The position numbers and the translations under genes were made by a program. Positions 26,601 through 40,320 of a stretch of DNA of 64,000 bases are shown piece after piece; the first letter of the stretch is position 1, and every line of letters starts with the position of its first letter. Origin of the DNA: Octopus sinensis. Lineage: Eukaryota. The DNA is taken from positions 58,280,001 through 58,344,000 of the forward strand of contig NC_043006.1 of assembly GCF_006345805.1 (NCBI RefSeq), read 5' to 3'. Under the pieces are notes generated by a model. That model made no database searches, had not been told where the DNA came from, and saw only the letters and a list, made by a program, of their open reading frames with translations.

Positions 26601-27522
26601 CTGAATTCATCGCTATACTCATGGCCAACCTTCACCTTACTGGTAGCATCCCTATTCATGGCTTGTACTGCTCTCACTAACCACTCATCTATTCCTAGCT
26701 TCTGCATTGATTACTAGATAAGGGAGCTGGGGACCCTGTCAAAAGCTTTATCAATGTTGACAAAAGCTAAATAGCTAAAGGCCTCTCTTGCAGTTGCCTA
26801 ACCAGGAATATAGCATCAGTCATACTCCTGCCTGGCACAGATCTGAACTGTGTCTTATCTACATTAACTCCCTTCTTAATCAATTGAGCTATGACTCTTT
26901 CTGTAACTTTCATCACCTGGCCCAGCAATTTGATGCCTCTATAATTATTTCTGCCTAAGGTATCACCTTTGCCTTTGTAGCAGTCAACTACAATGCTGCT
27001 GCTACACCAGTCATTGGCTATGAGAGAGTTGATAATAAGAATATATTATTTATGTCTAGTTATTTTACTCTAGTTTAAGTAGTTGATTCCCTTTAACAAT
27101 AAAATCTTCATTATATCATTATCATCATTTAATGTTCATATTCTTTGCTAGCATTAGCTGGGCAGTTTGACATATGCACACCCACACACACCCTCTGGTG
27201 ACCTAAGGATGCACATGTGCACAACTGCCATTGAATCATTAATACAATATTGTTTATAGTTTATGTAACATTCACTAATTAACAGCTGGTATTGATGCTT
27301 TGAGACAATTGCATTGATTTGTAATAAAACCTGTTTAATATCCATCTTGTATTAAGATTTTACGTATGTGTATATATATACACACATATATATATAGGCA
27401 AATCCAAGAATAGAAAAAAATAGGAAGAAAGCAACAGAAATCAATTGGATGTACACAGTGAATATATTAGACTGATACTTGGTAGAAATTTAGGTGGATA
27501 AATAGGAATAGAAATGTGGTCT
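23644..27522. repeat. 1,766-bp inverted duplication (arms 23644-25409 and 25757-27522, 347-bp spacer)
   Basis: Paired coordinates sum to 51166 at both ends, so there is no net indel. Mirrored ORFs appear in the track. I noticed one substitution (VKSRL vs VKGRL). Confidence 0.95.
24155..25750 (+). mobile_element. RTE-clade LINE RT to 3' end, degenerate; reverse copy at about 25757-27010
   Basis: GVHQGSVLRPLLFILV, GWAKFRELL, MLHGSEIW, RRLCWFGHAMCM and GRGRPRKMW motifs. Confidence 0.92.
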
Positions 27523-29476
27523 ATCTCACAAAATCTGATAAAGGCAGAATAAGTAGATTCTTGGTAAAATAATACCTAAGACCAAACACGTAATTTTGAA
27601 TAAACTTACAGTGACTGATTAATCCAACTGTATTACTAACAAAACAAATACTAAGTTTCTCCAATATGATATAAATAATTATTATGCTCCTGTTACACAA
27701 CCACATCAGGCTGTAGAATTACTCTAAGACAATCATCAACATAGAAGGATTTGAAATTATAATTAAATTACAAGCTAGAAAACCAAATTAACTTTGACTT
27801 CATGGATGAAAAAAAAATTATTTAGCACTGCTTTTAATGTGAGTTTAGAAGCTAAGTTACTGAGCTAAGTGGGCTGTACTTGCTACATAAATTAAAGGAA
27901 AAAATTCTTATGATTCTAAGAGGATTATGTCAAGATAACAGATTTCTGGCACTAATGAATAGTAACATTCTGTCACTAATGAATAGTTACTTTTATTCTT
28001 ACCATAAACCAACATAGAGATAGTCGAACCAAACTAGAACTATTTACGAAAAATTTAGTTAAGAATAGATCACCAGCACTTTCCTGTAAAGTGGTTGACA
28101 TTTGGACGAGCATCCAACTGTAAAAACCATGCCAAACCTAACTTCACCTGCGCTGGTGCCACATAAAAAGCAGTCAGTTCATTCTGTAGGGGGTTTAATG
28201 TTAGGAAGGGCATCCAGCCTTAAAAACCATGCCAAAACAGACACTGAATCCTGGTGCAGTCTTCTGCTTGGATAACTCCAGTCAAACCATCCAACCCATG
28301 CCAGCATGGAAAGCAGATGTAAAATGATGAAGATGGTTTCATACAATGAAACCTTAGTTAATAGCAGGTTTAAAAATAAAATATCATACATCATATCAAC
28401 TAGTAGAGCTAGAAATACTGGAAATAGATCGAGGATAATTTGTTGATATAATCCTCTTCACAATTCAGAAATAACAACCAAGAGGCTTTTCTTTACTTAA
28501 TAAGCATTTCCCTCATCACCACAAATAATACATTTTTTTTTTTTAAAGGTAAAAACTGTTAAACTATCCTACTTAACCACACTTAATCTAGTAAAAAAGC
28601 ACAACTTCTTCCAACAGCTAAGTTAAAATCAAAATAGATCTATCCATAATAGTAACTGCAATTGTACCAGCACACATCCTCTCAACTCAAATTTCTTAGA
28701 TAAGGAGCCAACAAGTGTTCAGTTATTGAATCTCTCCAATTCACTTCCACTTTGTTTTCCTTTTCTTCCTCTCTTCCCTCCCATTTGCTATTCATTTTAT
28801 TCTTCATTATCGTCAGTGTTATCAATAGTAACTGCTTGTAACTTTTCTCATGAGGTTAGAAACAACATTATCTAATGTATTTATAGCTTCACTTCAAAGT
28901 ATGTTTATAAAATCTGTTTATTGTATTAATCTGATATAAGGTTATTACTATATTGATGTAGCTAACCATATTGGTTAAAAAAAATATATTAAACTACATG
29001 ATGATGATGATGATGTTGGTGATGATGATGATGATGATGGTGATAGTGGTAGTGGTAGTGGTGGTGGTTGTGGTGGTGGTCATTGTCATCATTTAATGTC
29101 TACCTTTTTCGTGCTCGTATGGGTCAAGCAGAATTCTTAAAGCAAATTTTCTAAAGCTGGACGCCACTCCTGTTAGCAATCCTCAGCTGTTTCCAAGCAA
29201 AGTAATATTTCCCCATGGCTAGATATGTTTTTCACAGAAGACTGGCAACGAACAACATTGCTTGTATGACAGTCATGCTCATTTATAATCATCCCATGTT
29301 GTCAAGACAAGAGTACACACACACACACAATATATATGTATGTCAAGCATCTTTTTACTTTCCAGCTACCAAATTCACTCACATGGCTTTAGAAGACACT
29401 TGCCCGAGGTGTAATGCAGTGAACTGAAACCCAAGACAATATGGTTGGGAAATCAGATAGCAGGAGATTAACCATT

Positions 29477-29704
29477 AACCCTTTTGTTACCATATTTCTG
29501 TTGAGATGTTTCTGTGTTTCTTTCAATTAATTTTAAATATAACAAAGAATTTAGTAAAATAACTTAGTTATCATTCAGCTAGTGTTAGGAACATAAATTG
29601 TGACTAAGGTTTGGTGGAAGATTTTAATTTAAAACTTATGCAAACAAGACATTTGTACTACAGAGCCAGAGCTGGTTTCTGGCGGGTTGGTATCAAAAGG
29701 GTTA
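29477..29704 (+). mobile_element. Type B TTAA-flanked MITE; further copies at 30716-30925(-), 3040-3345(-) and 42291-43165
   Basis: ttaacccttttgttacc ... ggtatcaaaagggttaa terminal inverted repeats. Confidence 0.8.
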
Positions 29705-29725
29705 AAGAGTAGGACTTTTACTTAC

Positions 29726-29897
29726 GACATGTTGCAAAATTTTGAGGATGTCATCCATGTCTAGGTCATAGCAAGAACTTTTCTCTAAAACATGAGAGTT
29801 TATCATGTATTTCAGAGAATCTTGAGGAGAATTCAGACATTTTGTACCAGGCAGTTTGTTCGTATAGGTGATAACAGCTTGTAAGCATTCGTCGAGT
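29726..29897 (-). CDS. Exon (LDECLQAVITYTNKLPG...DDILKILQHV)
   Basis: Acceptor ttttttttctatcttgtag|A and donor GTC|gtaagt. Length 172 nt = 1+57x3, with only one frame open. Confidence 0.8.
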
Positions 29898-30484
29898 CTA
29901 CAAGATAGAAAAAAAAGAAAAACAGTAACTTCAAGGAATTCAGAAAAGAAAAAATTCTGGAAAAAAATACATGCATTAACTTTTCCTTTTTGTCCTCATC
30001 ACAAAACTATATGACCTTCGTAACAAGTCAAAAGAAACTGGTATTGTCATTTTAGGGCCAAAAGATATTTTGGCCTCCAACAATTACAAGCATTCTGCAA
30101 AGCAAATGTAAGGGTCATAACTGATTATTGCTCCCATATTTAGGATGTTACTGCTACAACACATACAGATATTCTTGATTGTATTCAGAAAAGAGGCACT
30201 TGAATGATTGGCATAAAAATCACTCACAGACATACTCTATCCTCAAGCACATAAGCATGCTGCCTCCTTTCTCGGCTACTTCTACAGCTATACCACAACT
30301 TAGTGACCACTGCACCTTCAAGCTGGCTGATTTTGTACCTCTTCCACTCACTTTTCGTCCTCTCATCAACCCCCAGGCACTGCATCTAACCACTATTCTC
30401 ATTCTTTCCTCCTCAGAGTATCATCCCTTTGGAATCTCCTCTTTGCTTGTGCTTTCCTGCAGATGTCACCTTGCAAAAGTTTAA

Positions 30485-30706
30485 AACTTAAGCATTCAGA
30501 TTACTTTGTCAAATTTAATGCTTATTTATTTACCTTGTTTTGAATTATGATGCATAATTTCATAGATTAGACATTTCAATAGTATGATTGTTTAGCTTTA
30601 GAATGACATTATAGAGTAGGTGTGAGAAACCAAATCTGACCAGTTGACTATAAAGCAGGTAGAATATTTGGGGCAGATATGGCTAGTTAAAATACTAAAG
30701 GGTTAA
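30485..30706 (+). mobile_element. Type A TTAA-flanked MITE
   Basis: ttaagcattcagattact...ctaaagggttaa. Confidence 0.75.
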
Positions 30707-32299
30707 ACAGAACATTAACCCTTTTGATACCAACATACATAACCCCTTTCTGGTTCTGATATTTACTTCTTATTTTGAACTAATTTAAATTAAAGCCTTC
30801 CATTAAAATTTCATGTTAACTGATGTTTCAAACCCCAGTTTAATAATAACCAAAAGATTGTTTTTACTAAATAGCTGAAATAAAGGCAGTGTTTTTCAAG
30901 AGAAATATGGTAACAAAAGGGTTAAAGTGATCTAAATTAAAACTTTCCATCAAAATTTTGTGTTAATTTCTGTTCCAAACACCATCTTGATAACAACAAC
31001 TGTTTAACTAAATTCTTCATTACTTCCAAATAAATTGAAACAAATGCAGTACACTTAAACAGTAATATAGTGAGAAAAGGGTTAAAAGCATAACTTGCCA
31101 GTCTCAGAGAGCCTGCAAAAGCTATAGGTAATGCCTCATTCTCCAAACCCAGCAAATATAAAAGAAAAAAAAAAATACCAACTAGAATCAGAGATCAAAA
31201 TAACAAGAAGCAGATAGTTATGTATTAGTGAATCACTGCCAGCCATATTTTCATGATTCCATACATTTCTCACAAGTCAAATCCATAACTTTTCTTCTGA
31301 ATACAATAGCTATCTGACCATGTTTATCATTATTACAAATTTTGTCCAAGAAGAGAACAAAATCCAACATTTTACCAGGTGGGAAAAAGATAACAGAAAA
31401 ATACAGCATTGAATTAATCATAAATATAGGAAATCTGGTTTTGTTGCAATGGCTATGTGATTGAGATGCTTGCTTCCCAACTACATGGTTTCAGGTTCAG
31501 TTCCACTGCATGGTACTTTGAACAAGTGTCTTCTATTATAATCCCAGGATAACCAAAGCCTTATGAGTAGGTTTGGCAGATGGAAACTGAAAGACGCATA
31601 GGCATGGTTGTGTGGTAAGAAGCTTGCTTCCCAACCACATGGCTCCAAGTTCAGTCCTACTACATGACACCTTGGGCAAGTGTCTTCTACTATAGCCTCA
31701 GGCCAAACAAAGCCTTATAACTGAATTTGGTAGACAGAAAACTGAAAGAAACTCATCATATCATCATCATCATTTAATGTCTGCTTCTATGCTGGCATGA
31801 GTTGGACGGTTTGGCTGAAAACTGGTAAACCAAGGGCTGCACCAAGTTCCTATCTAATTTGGTAAGGCTACTATGGTTGGATGCCCTTCCTAACACCAAC
31901 CACTCAAACAGTGTAGTGGGTACTATTTACATGCCACCACTGGCACAGGCACCATTGACCTGACACAGGCATCAGCCACGACCATGGTCTCACTTGGCTT
32001 GACAGGTCAATACAAGCACAGTGTATTACCAAGGGTCTTGGTCACCTGTCACTGCCTCCATGAGGCCCAACGCTCGAATGGTGCTTTTTACATGTCACCG
32101 GCACAGTTTGCCATTCAGACTGCACTGGCATCGGCCATGACCATGACTCCTCTCAGTTCAACAGGTCTTCACAAGCACAGCATATCACCCAATGATTGAA
32201 AGGTGCTTTTAATGTGCCACTTACGCGACACTGGTATCAGCCACAACTACAATCTCACTTGGCTTGATGGGTCTTCTCAAGCATGGCATATCTCCAAAG

Positions 32300-33000
32300 G
32301 TCTCAGTTGCTTGTCATTGCCTCTGTAAGGCACAACATTCAAAGATCGTGCTTCACCACCTCATCCCATGTCTTCCACAGGTACTCTCCACAATTAAAGT
32401 GCAACATTTCTTCACACAGTTGTCTTCATCCAAATGCATCACATGACCATACCAATACAATCATCTCTCTAGTACACTACAATCTGATGCCTCTTATGCC
32501 CAACTTTTCTCTCAGGACGCTTACATGCTATCATGCATGCACACAGACATTACACATCCAGCAGAGCATCATTTCTTACAAGCCTCTTACTAGCTTCGTT
32601 TCTTTCAAACCTACACATATCTTCAGTTATCACAGCCCATGTTTCACTGCCATGTAGCTTGGTTGTTCGCACACATGGATCATACAGTTTGTGTTTCACT
32701 CTCAGTAAGAGGCCCTTTGTTACCAGCAGAGGTAGGAGCTCTCTGAACTTTGCCCAGCTTATTCTTATTCTAGCAGCTACACTCTCGGAGCATCCACACC
32801 TGCTACTGACTTGTTCACCTAGGTAACGGAAGCTATCAACTACTTCTAGCCTTCCCCACTGGCATGTAATGGATTCTATTTTCTGTACATTTTCCATGTT
32901 TACTGTACCTGTACACCTTCCACACACAAAATCTATCTTCCCTGTTAACCTTCCACTGATATTGCTTGTGTCCATAGCTTACACTGGGTACATCTTATGG
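32300..33000 (-). mobile_element. RTE-clade LINE fragment
   Basis: ORF 32550-32975 contains EVVDSFRYLG, WAKFRELLP and LHGSETW. Confidence 0.9.
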
Positions 33001-33431
33001 AGTTTCTTCATATATATATATATATATATATATTTATATTTATTTGTGTGTGTGTGTGTGTGTTTGTTGCCCACCACCACTGGAGTGTTTATATTCCCAT
33101 AACTTAGCAGTTCAGCAAAAGAAACCCATAGAATGAGTACTAAGATTACAAAGAATAAGTCCTGAGGTCAATTTCTTTGACTAAAAGACCCTTTATGTGG
33201 TCACTTGAATTGCTAAAAATAGCAGGCAATTTTTCCTTAAATCATGCTCCCAAAATCACAAAAGTGGATGTATTGGATAATGTAGTTCTGGAATCTTTGC
33301 ATAGCGGAATAAGATGGGATGGCCATGGTGGCAATACAGTGTATGTACACGTGTACTTTCATCATAGGCCTCTGAGAGCAGGGCTGACTTGGAGCTGAAC
33401 AACAGCAATATAGTTACATACACACTCAACA

Positions 33432-33462
<31 letters not shown>

Positions 33463-33470
33463 ATATATAT

Positions 33471-33645
33471 ATCATCATCATCATCGTTTAACGTCCGTTT
33501 TCCACGCTAGCACGGGTTGGACGGTTCGACCGGGGTCTGGGGAGCCAGAGGCTGCCCCAGGCTCCAGTCTGGTCTGGCAGTGTTTCTACAGCTGGATGCC
33601 CTTCCTAACGCCAACCACTCCGCGAGTGTAGTGGGTGCTTTTTAC
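33471..33645 (-). mobile_element. Short RTE-type 3' tail in (TA)n/(CA)n
   Basis: Reverse complement of the module ending ggacgttaaac(gat)n. Confidence 0.85.
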
Positions 33646-33893
33646 ATACACACACACACAATTTAAATATAGGATAAAATCTTTATAAGAATTTATGCGT
33701 GAAAAACCTCAGAAGGGAAAAATTTATTAATTATTCCCTATAAATATATTTATTTATATTAAGGGCATTACTATACATAAATGCCTCACGCTAGGAGGGA
33801 CTCTTAAAGTCAAAACTACCATAATAACCACATTGTACCAAACACGAGGGAATCCAACACTTGAATCGAGCCTCCCAAAACCAGACTCAGCTG

Positions 33894-33896
<3 letters not shown>

Positions 33897-33983
<87 letters not shown>

Positions 33984-33988
33984 GGGAG

Positions 33989-34019
<31 letters not shown>

Positions 34020-34130
34020 GGGAGGAAAGAGAGAGGGGAAACAGACAGACAGACAGAAACAGACTGTGTGTGTGTGTGTGTGTGTGTGTGAGTGCATGTG
34101 TGTGTGTGTGTGTGTGAGTGCATGTGTGAA
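33897..34130. repeat. Compound (TA)n-(GA)n-(GT)n microsatellite
   Basis: Read directly from the sequence. Confidence 0.95.
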
Positions 34131-34266
34131 AGAAAGAAAGAGAGAAGGAAAGAGAGAAAGAAGGGGAAACAGTTATATTCCTGTCACTCGATGAAGTTAT
34201 TGGCCTTTAAAGGTCAACTGTTTCAAAAACAACTTGAAAACCCACAGTTCAAGCAATGAGTTTTAC

Positions 34267-34381
34267 ATAACATTTCATGTGAAAGGCTACTGAATAACAT
34301 TTCTAGAAAGTTATCCATAACCTTAGTACTTTCATGCCATAAATTAATGGCTAGAAACATCTTCAAAGAGCTCTTTGATTC
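34267..34381 (-). CDS. Probable exon (ESKSSLKMFLAINLWHESTKVMDNFLEMLFSSLSHEML)
   Basis: Strong acceptor ttttttggttattttgcag|GAA and an open frame. The donor (T|gtaaaa) is uncertain and does not phase directly with 29897. Confidence 0.6.
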
Positions 34382-36246
34382 CTGCAAAATAACCAAAAAA
34401 TAAATAAATAAATAAATGCAAGCATGGCTGTGTGATAAGAAGCTTGCTTCCCAGCCAAATGGTTCTGGGTTCACTCCTACTGTGTGGCACCTTGGGCAAG
34501 TGTCTTCTATAGCTTCAAGCCAACCAAAGCCTTAGGAGTGAATTTGGTTGAAAGAAACTAGTCGTGTGTGTGTCTTTGTCCCCCACCACTGCTTGACAAA
34601 ATAGTTCCTGCCAAGGTGGTGCCCCAGCATGGCTGCAGTCAAATGACTAAAACAAGTAAAAGATAAAAGAAATTAAAAAAAAACCATGTGGTAGCTGAGT
34701 TCGTAACACCAGTCTGCAAAGACAGACAGTGAAGTATCAATTTGTTTTACCACCAGACTTATTTCAATTTCATATTCTGTCTTGTAATTAATCTTATGAT
34801 GAACTAGACTCTGGGTGCATGAGTGAGCATGCATCATCATCACTCTCATCATCATCGTTTTAATATCCACTTCTCCATACTTTCATGGCTTAGGAGGAAT
34901 TTATTGGGGTAGATTTTCTCAGGTCAAATCACCTTCTTGTCGCTAACCCTCACCTGCTTCCAAGCAAAGTAATATTCTTTAGAGGCCTGACCAGAGAGGT
35001 TTTCAGAAATACTGGAAATGAATGACACTGCTTGTATGACAGTGACGTTCATTTACAGCTGTCATACAATGTCAAACAAAAGAAGACACAAACACACTCA
35101 TATGCAGTTGTTTCATTGTTCCAAATAATCAAAGACTGGTTGATATAACCATGCATATTATGCTATATTGCGGATATACATGAAAGTAAAGAAGTATTAA
35201 TTAGCATACATTTTGATAGCTCTGTACCACTGAGGGAGAGAGGGAAGGATGGGGAGGAAAGAAGGGAGTGAGGTAGGTAGGAAGGAAGGAAGGAATGAGG
35301 AAGCCATTGAATTACTTTTGAAGTGGCCCACCTTGCCCCTTTTCTCACTCTTAATTTTACAGCCATTGTTCACTCACCTTCAGCTACCCTATCGCTCTGC
35401 CTTCCTTCCTTTATACCAATCACTATAACCCCTTCTTTAGATCTCTCTATTCTAATTTATAGAGCTTATATCAATTATAAACACTATCTCTCCTAAACCA
35501 TTTTGCCCAGTTCTGAAGCAATCAAAATCAGTGCAAGTTGAAACTTTTCCTTTGCTTTTATGTATACCTACAATATCAATACACTACTAGACCTCCTTGC
35601 ACAATATGCATAGTTATAGCAACCAGCATCAATTATTCAAAACGGCTGTAAAGATAAGACTTTATTACATCATGTAAATTTGTGTACACAACTTTTCATA
35701 TAAATGCATTTCTTATGCCTGTTATTGTATGTCTCTTTCTACTTTCATATTTTTAACCAAGTTTCTACCTCTAGACTATCTAACCCTGATAAAGTTGAAG
35801 TTTAAGATACAAATTTCAATGAGCACTACTTGGTGAATATGTATAACACATTAACATAAGCATCTTCTAATTCATCCATAATATATATATACATATATAC
35901 ATATATATAAGTAATTATAAAAAATTATAAACAAGGGCAAAAGAAAAAAGATTTCTATGCCAATATGCCATAAAATTGACAGGAGAAAAAATATGCAGAT
36001 ATATTAATCTCTGTACTCATTGTAATAGTTTTTTCACACATATACTCTTTTACTTGTTTCAGTCATTTGACTGTGGCCATGCTGGAGCACTGCCTTTTAG
36101 TCGAGCAAATCGACCCCAGGACTTATTCTTTGTAAGCCTAGTACTTATTCTATCAGTCTCTTATGCCGAACCGCTAAGTTACAGAGACGTAAACACACCA
36201 ACATCGGTTGTCAAGCGATGTTGGGGGAACAAACACAGACACACAT

Positions 36247-36298
<52 letters not shown>

Positions 36299-37949
36299 AT
36301 ATATACGACAGCCTTCTTTCAGTTTCCATCTACCAAATCTACTCACAAGGCTTTGGTTGGCCCAAGGCTATAGTAGAAGACACTTGCCCAAAGTGCCACG
36401 TAGTGGAACTGAACCCGGAACCATGCGATTGGTAAGCAAGCTACTTACAACACAGCCACTCCCACGCCTATATATAAAAACTTCTTAACTGGAACAGTGA
36501 ATCTTGAAGCAGATAAAGCTATAAATAATATCATGTAAACATTGGATTAAAAACCCTACTCTCATGTTGATAACATTGAATGGTTGAAAATGAGCATCAC
36601 CATCATACAAGCAATGTTGTTTGTTTCATGCCTTCCATGAAAAACATGTTTGGCTATGGGGAAATATTACCTTGCTTGGAAACAGGTGAAGGTTGGTGAC
36701 AGGAAGAGCATCCAGCCATAGAAAATGTACCTCCACAAATTCTTTATGGCCCATGTAAGCATGGAAAACTGAAGTATGATGAGGTATATATAAGAGAGAA
36801 GAAAAGGCTTAGAGACAGATGCATAGACGCATAGAAAGATGAATAGCTAGAGAAATAGATGTTTTATGTACGCTGTGAACATGTGTGTGTGTGTATGGAT
36901 AAAGTTCTATACACAATGTGGTGGGTAGATGGTAAATGGTTAATTAACTGAAACTGAGCAGTTCTAATCCTCCACCAACACTGATTCCTCTCCAGTAAAT
37001 TACAAATCTATTTTCTGCAGTATGCTTTGACATCCATCCCTTACAGGTAGTTGGGATCAGGAAACTTATCAATCACTTTTATGTAAATTGATATCAAAAA
37101 TACCAAAATTAAAAACCAAGGATGAGAACCTGTGTAGCGTTAAATAAATGAAGAAAGAAAACAAAAGAAAGAAAGAAAGAATGAAGACAAACATCATTCA
37201 ATTACATGAAAAAAAATTCTAAGTTTTTAAAACTGGTTAACTCAGGTTAATCATTTTCACAGACTATCTTGTAAAATACATTTAATTAACTGTGCCATTT
37301 ACAGCAGTGGTTCTTAACTTGCATGTCAGCGCCCCCTAGGTGGGTGTTGTGAGCTGATGAGAGACTGGCAAATGACAAAGGAGTGCAAGGTATTTAGAAA
37401 GATTATGAGATTTTCAAAGAAATAAAATATCTAAACCAAATGCAATTCTTGTATTTTAAAAGCAATTTTTAAAAAAAACATTTGTCAGCACTAGAATACA
37501 AGTTGGACACTGTGTTTATCAGTAAAAAGAAAACATGACTCATGATGCATCAAGATCTAATATGATTTCCTTATTTAAGTCTTTGCCTTATATACTAAGC
37601 TCCATAAATAAAATAACATAGCACTAGTCTATGCAAATATCTGAACAGCGATACATGCTGAATCAGATGGTATTTTAGTATGGTGGTTATATATATATAT
37701 TCTTCATCGGTAGTTCACAAAATTAGGTAGGCTGCATTTATTTGAGTTTTTGAACATCTTTATTAAACCACATGATTTATATTTACATGTCATCATCATC
37801 GTTTAATGTCCGCTTTCCATGCTGGCATGGGTTGGACAAGAGCTGGCCAGGCTGAAGACTGCACCAGACTTATGTCTGTTTTGGCATGGTTTTTATGGCT
37901 GGATGACCTTCCTAATACCAACCACCCTGCAGAGTAGGTACACATATAT

Positions 37950-38565
37950 GCACACACACACACACACATATATATACATATACATATATAGATATATATA
38001 CACACATATATACATATACCTATACATATATATCTTTATACATATACACATATATATATACCTATACATACATATTTTTATACATATACACACATATATA
38101 TATATACCTATACATACATATATATACATATACCTATACATATATATCTTTATACATATACACACATATATATATATATACCTATACATACATATATATA
38201 CATATACCTATACATGCTAGCATGGAAAGCGGACGTTAAATGATATATATATATATATATATCTTTATACATATACACATATATATATATATATACCTAT
38301 ACATACATATATATATATATATATACCTATACATACATATATATATATACATATACCTATACATACATACACATATATATGTATGTATATACATGTATGC
38401 ATATACATACATATATATATATTATATATACATACACATATATATGTATGTATATACAAGTATGCATATACATACATATATATATATATATTATATATAC
38501 ATACATACATATATATTTATATATATATATATATATCATACATATCATACATACATACATACATA
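37950..38565. repeat. Compound TA/TACA microsatellite with a 35-bp RTE tail embedded at about 38213-38245
   Basis: Read directly; catgctagcatggaaagcggacgttaaatgat lies inside the tract. Confidence 0.9.
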
Positions 38566-38567
38566 TG

Positions 38568-38960
38568 TGGAGGCGCAATGGCCTAGTTGTTAGGGCAGGA
38601 GACTCACGGTCGTAGAATCACAGTTTCAATTCCCAGACCGAGCATTGTGAGTATTTATTGAGCGAAAACAACTACAGCCCTATGAAGCTGTGGCATTGGG
38701 CTGTTGGCGAACTCTACCATACTCTTTCACCACCCCTTTTTCTCACTCTTTTTTTCTGTTTCTGTTGTTCCTGTATTTCAAAGGGCCAGCCTTGTCACAC
38801 TCTCTGTCACACTGAATCTCCCTGAGAACTACGTTAAGGGTACACGTGTCTGTGGAGTGCTCAGCAACTTGCATGCTTATTACACAAGCAGACTGTTCTT
38901 TTAATCGGATCAACTGGAACCCTCATCATTGTAACCAACAGAGTGCCACGGCAACGACAT
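38568..38960 (+). mobile_element. tRNA-head SINE (family 3)
   Basis: Head ggaggcgcaatggcctagttgttag with B-box-like gtttcaattccc. The same head occurs at about 63290-63350(-). Confidence 0.75.
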
Positions 38961-39084
38961 ACATATATATACAAACATATACCCATATACATATAAACAT
39001 ATATATACACACAAACACATATAAACATGTATATACACACAAACACAAACACACACACACACGCATATATATATATATATATAT

Positions 39085-39482
39085 AAACTCTGCTTGCGAA
39101 GACCTGTTGAGGCAAGTGAAATCGAAATCGATCAAAAATCAATGGAAATAGTAGTTGTGATACCAGTGCTGGTGGCACGTAAAAGAACCATCCAAATGTG
39201 GCCGTTGCCAGCACTACCTCAACTGGCCTCCGTGCTGGTGGCACGTAAAAAGCACCAACCGATCGTGGCCATTGCCAGCCTCATCTGGCACCTGTGCCGG
39301 TGACATGTAAAAAGCACCCAGTACACTCATGGAGTGGTTGGCGTTAGGAAGGGCATCCAGCAGTAGAAACACAGCCAGATCAGACTGGGCCTGGTGCAGC
39401 CTCCTGGCTTCCCAGACCCTGGTCGAACCGTCCAACCCATGCCAGCATGGAAAGCGGACATTAAACGATGATGATGATGATG
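39085..39482 (+). mobile_element. RTE 3' UTR-type element with three ggcacgtaaaaagcacc-type modules and (GAT)n tail
   Basis: Same modules and tail as 10753-11071. Confidence 0.85.
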
Positions 39483-40210
39483 ATATACGACTGATGAGTA
39501 TGTTACTTTGACATGTTTTAGTCTTATATATAAGCAGAGAGATAAAATTAAAACCGTTTTTCTTAGAATGTGAGAACACAGTGGTTTCTAGATGCACTAT
39601 CTCTAAATAATTAAGCAGATATTCAGGTTCCATGTCAATTTTTATGTATGTGCATGGGGTGGGGTTGTATGACAAGCTTCTTCCAGTTTCCAACTACCAA
39701 ATCAAATCACAAGGCATTGGTTGGCCAATGGCTGTAAGAGATCCCACTTGATCCCATGGTTGCAAAGCAAAGTTTTCAAGTACACAGTCATGTTTACATT
39801 TATCATATGCATGCATTAAATGGTTATTAGAGTAGCACAATCATGTATGTGTGGGTGAGTGAGAAAAATGGAATTGGGAGAGAGAGAGGGAGTATATAGG
39901 TAATAAATAGACAGATATATATATATAAGATGTTAAGATAGATAAACAAATATATTACTTTTATCTGTATTCTTCTATTCTTGAATATAACGATGATGGA
40001 TTTAAAAACTACATGATGACAGATCCTAAGTAAATGTCTAGACAAGGTATTTGCTTGTGATCTGTCATCACATATTTTTGTTTTAAATTGTCACCATATA
40101 TTATCTTAATCTATTTGCTTTCAAGCCAACTATATATCTATTAATCTATCTGTTACCTATCCTATAGCATCTAACACAGAATAAATATCTGAATGTTAAA
40201 ACCTCTTTAC

Positions 40211-40320
40211 TTATAATACCAATAACGATTAAGTGGAGGAACATGAAACAGTGATGAATGAAATATGTGCACACAATCATATTTAATGCACTAGGCAAAA
40301 TATTTAACAGACAAAATAGT
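40211..40320 (-). CDS. Possible exon (RLFCLLNILPSALNMIVCTYFIHHCFMFLHL...)
   Basis: Acceptor ctattttcacag|A. RLF.L...LP..L recalls the dynein AAA6 FRLwl...fP..l motif (from memory). Donor uncertain. Confidence 0.4.

Noticed and set aside
27607-27712. Candidate bridging exon (ctacag|...cact|gtaagt)
   Set aside because: The required phase-0 entry meets a stop after five codons, and no internal acceptor gives a 3n+1 open exon.
37303-37560. hAT/Charlie-like MITE start (cagtggttcttaac)
   Set aside because: No matching second terminus or 8-bp TSD found.
37819-38615. ORFs rich in YIYI/HTHT/CVCV (also near 15.8, 20.5, 33.9 and 59-60.5 kb)
   Set aside because: These are translations of dinucleotide microsatellites, with no splice or compositional support.
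39095-39135. ctgttga...gaaatcgatc hammerhead-like string
   Set aside because: No stem I or stem II pairing; it appears to be ordinary RTE 3' sequence.
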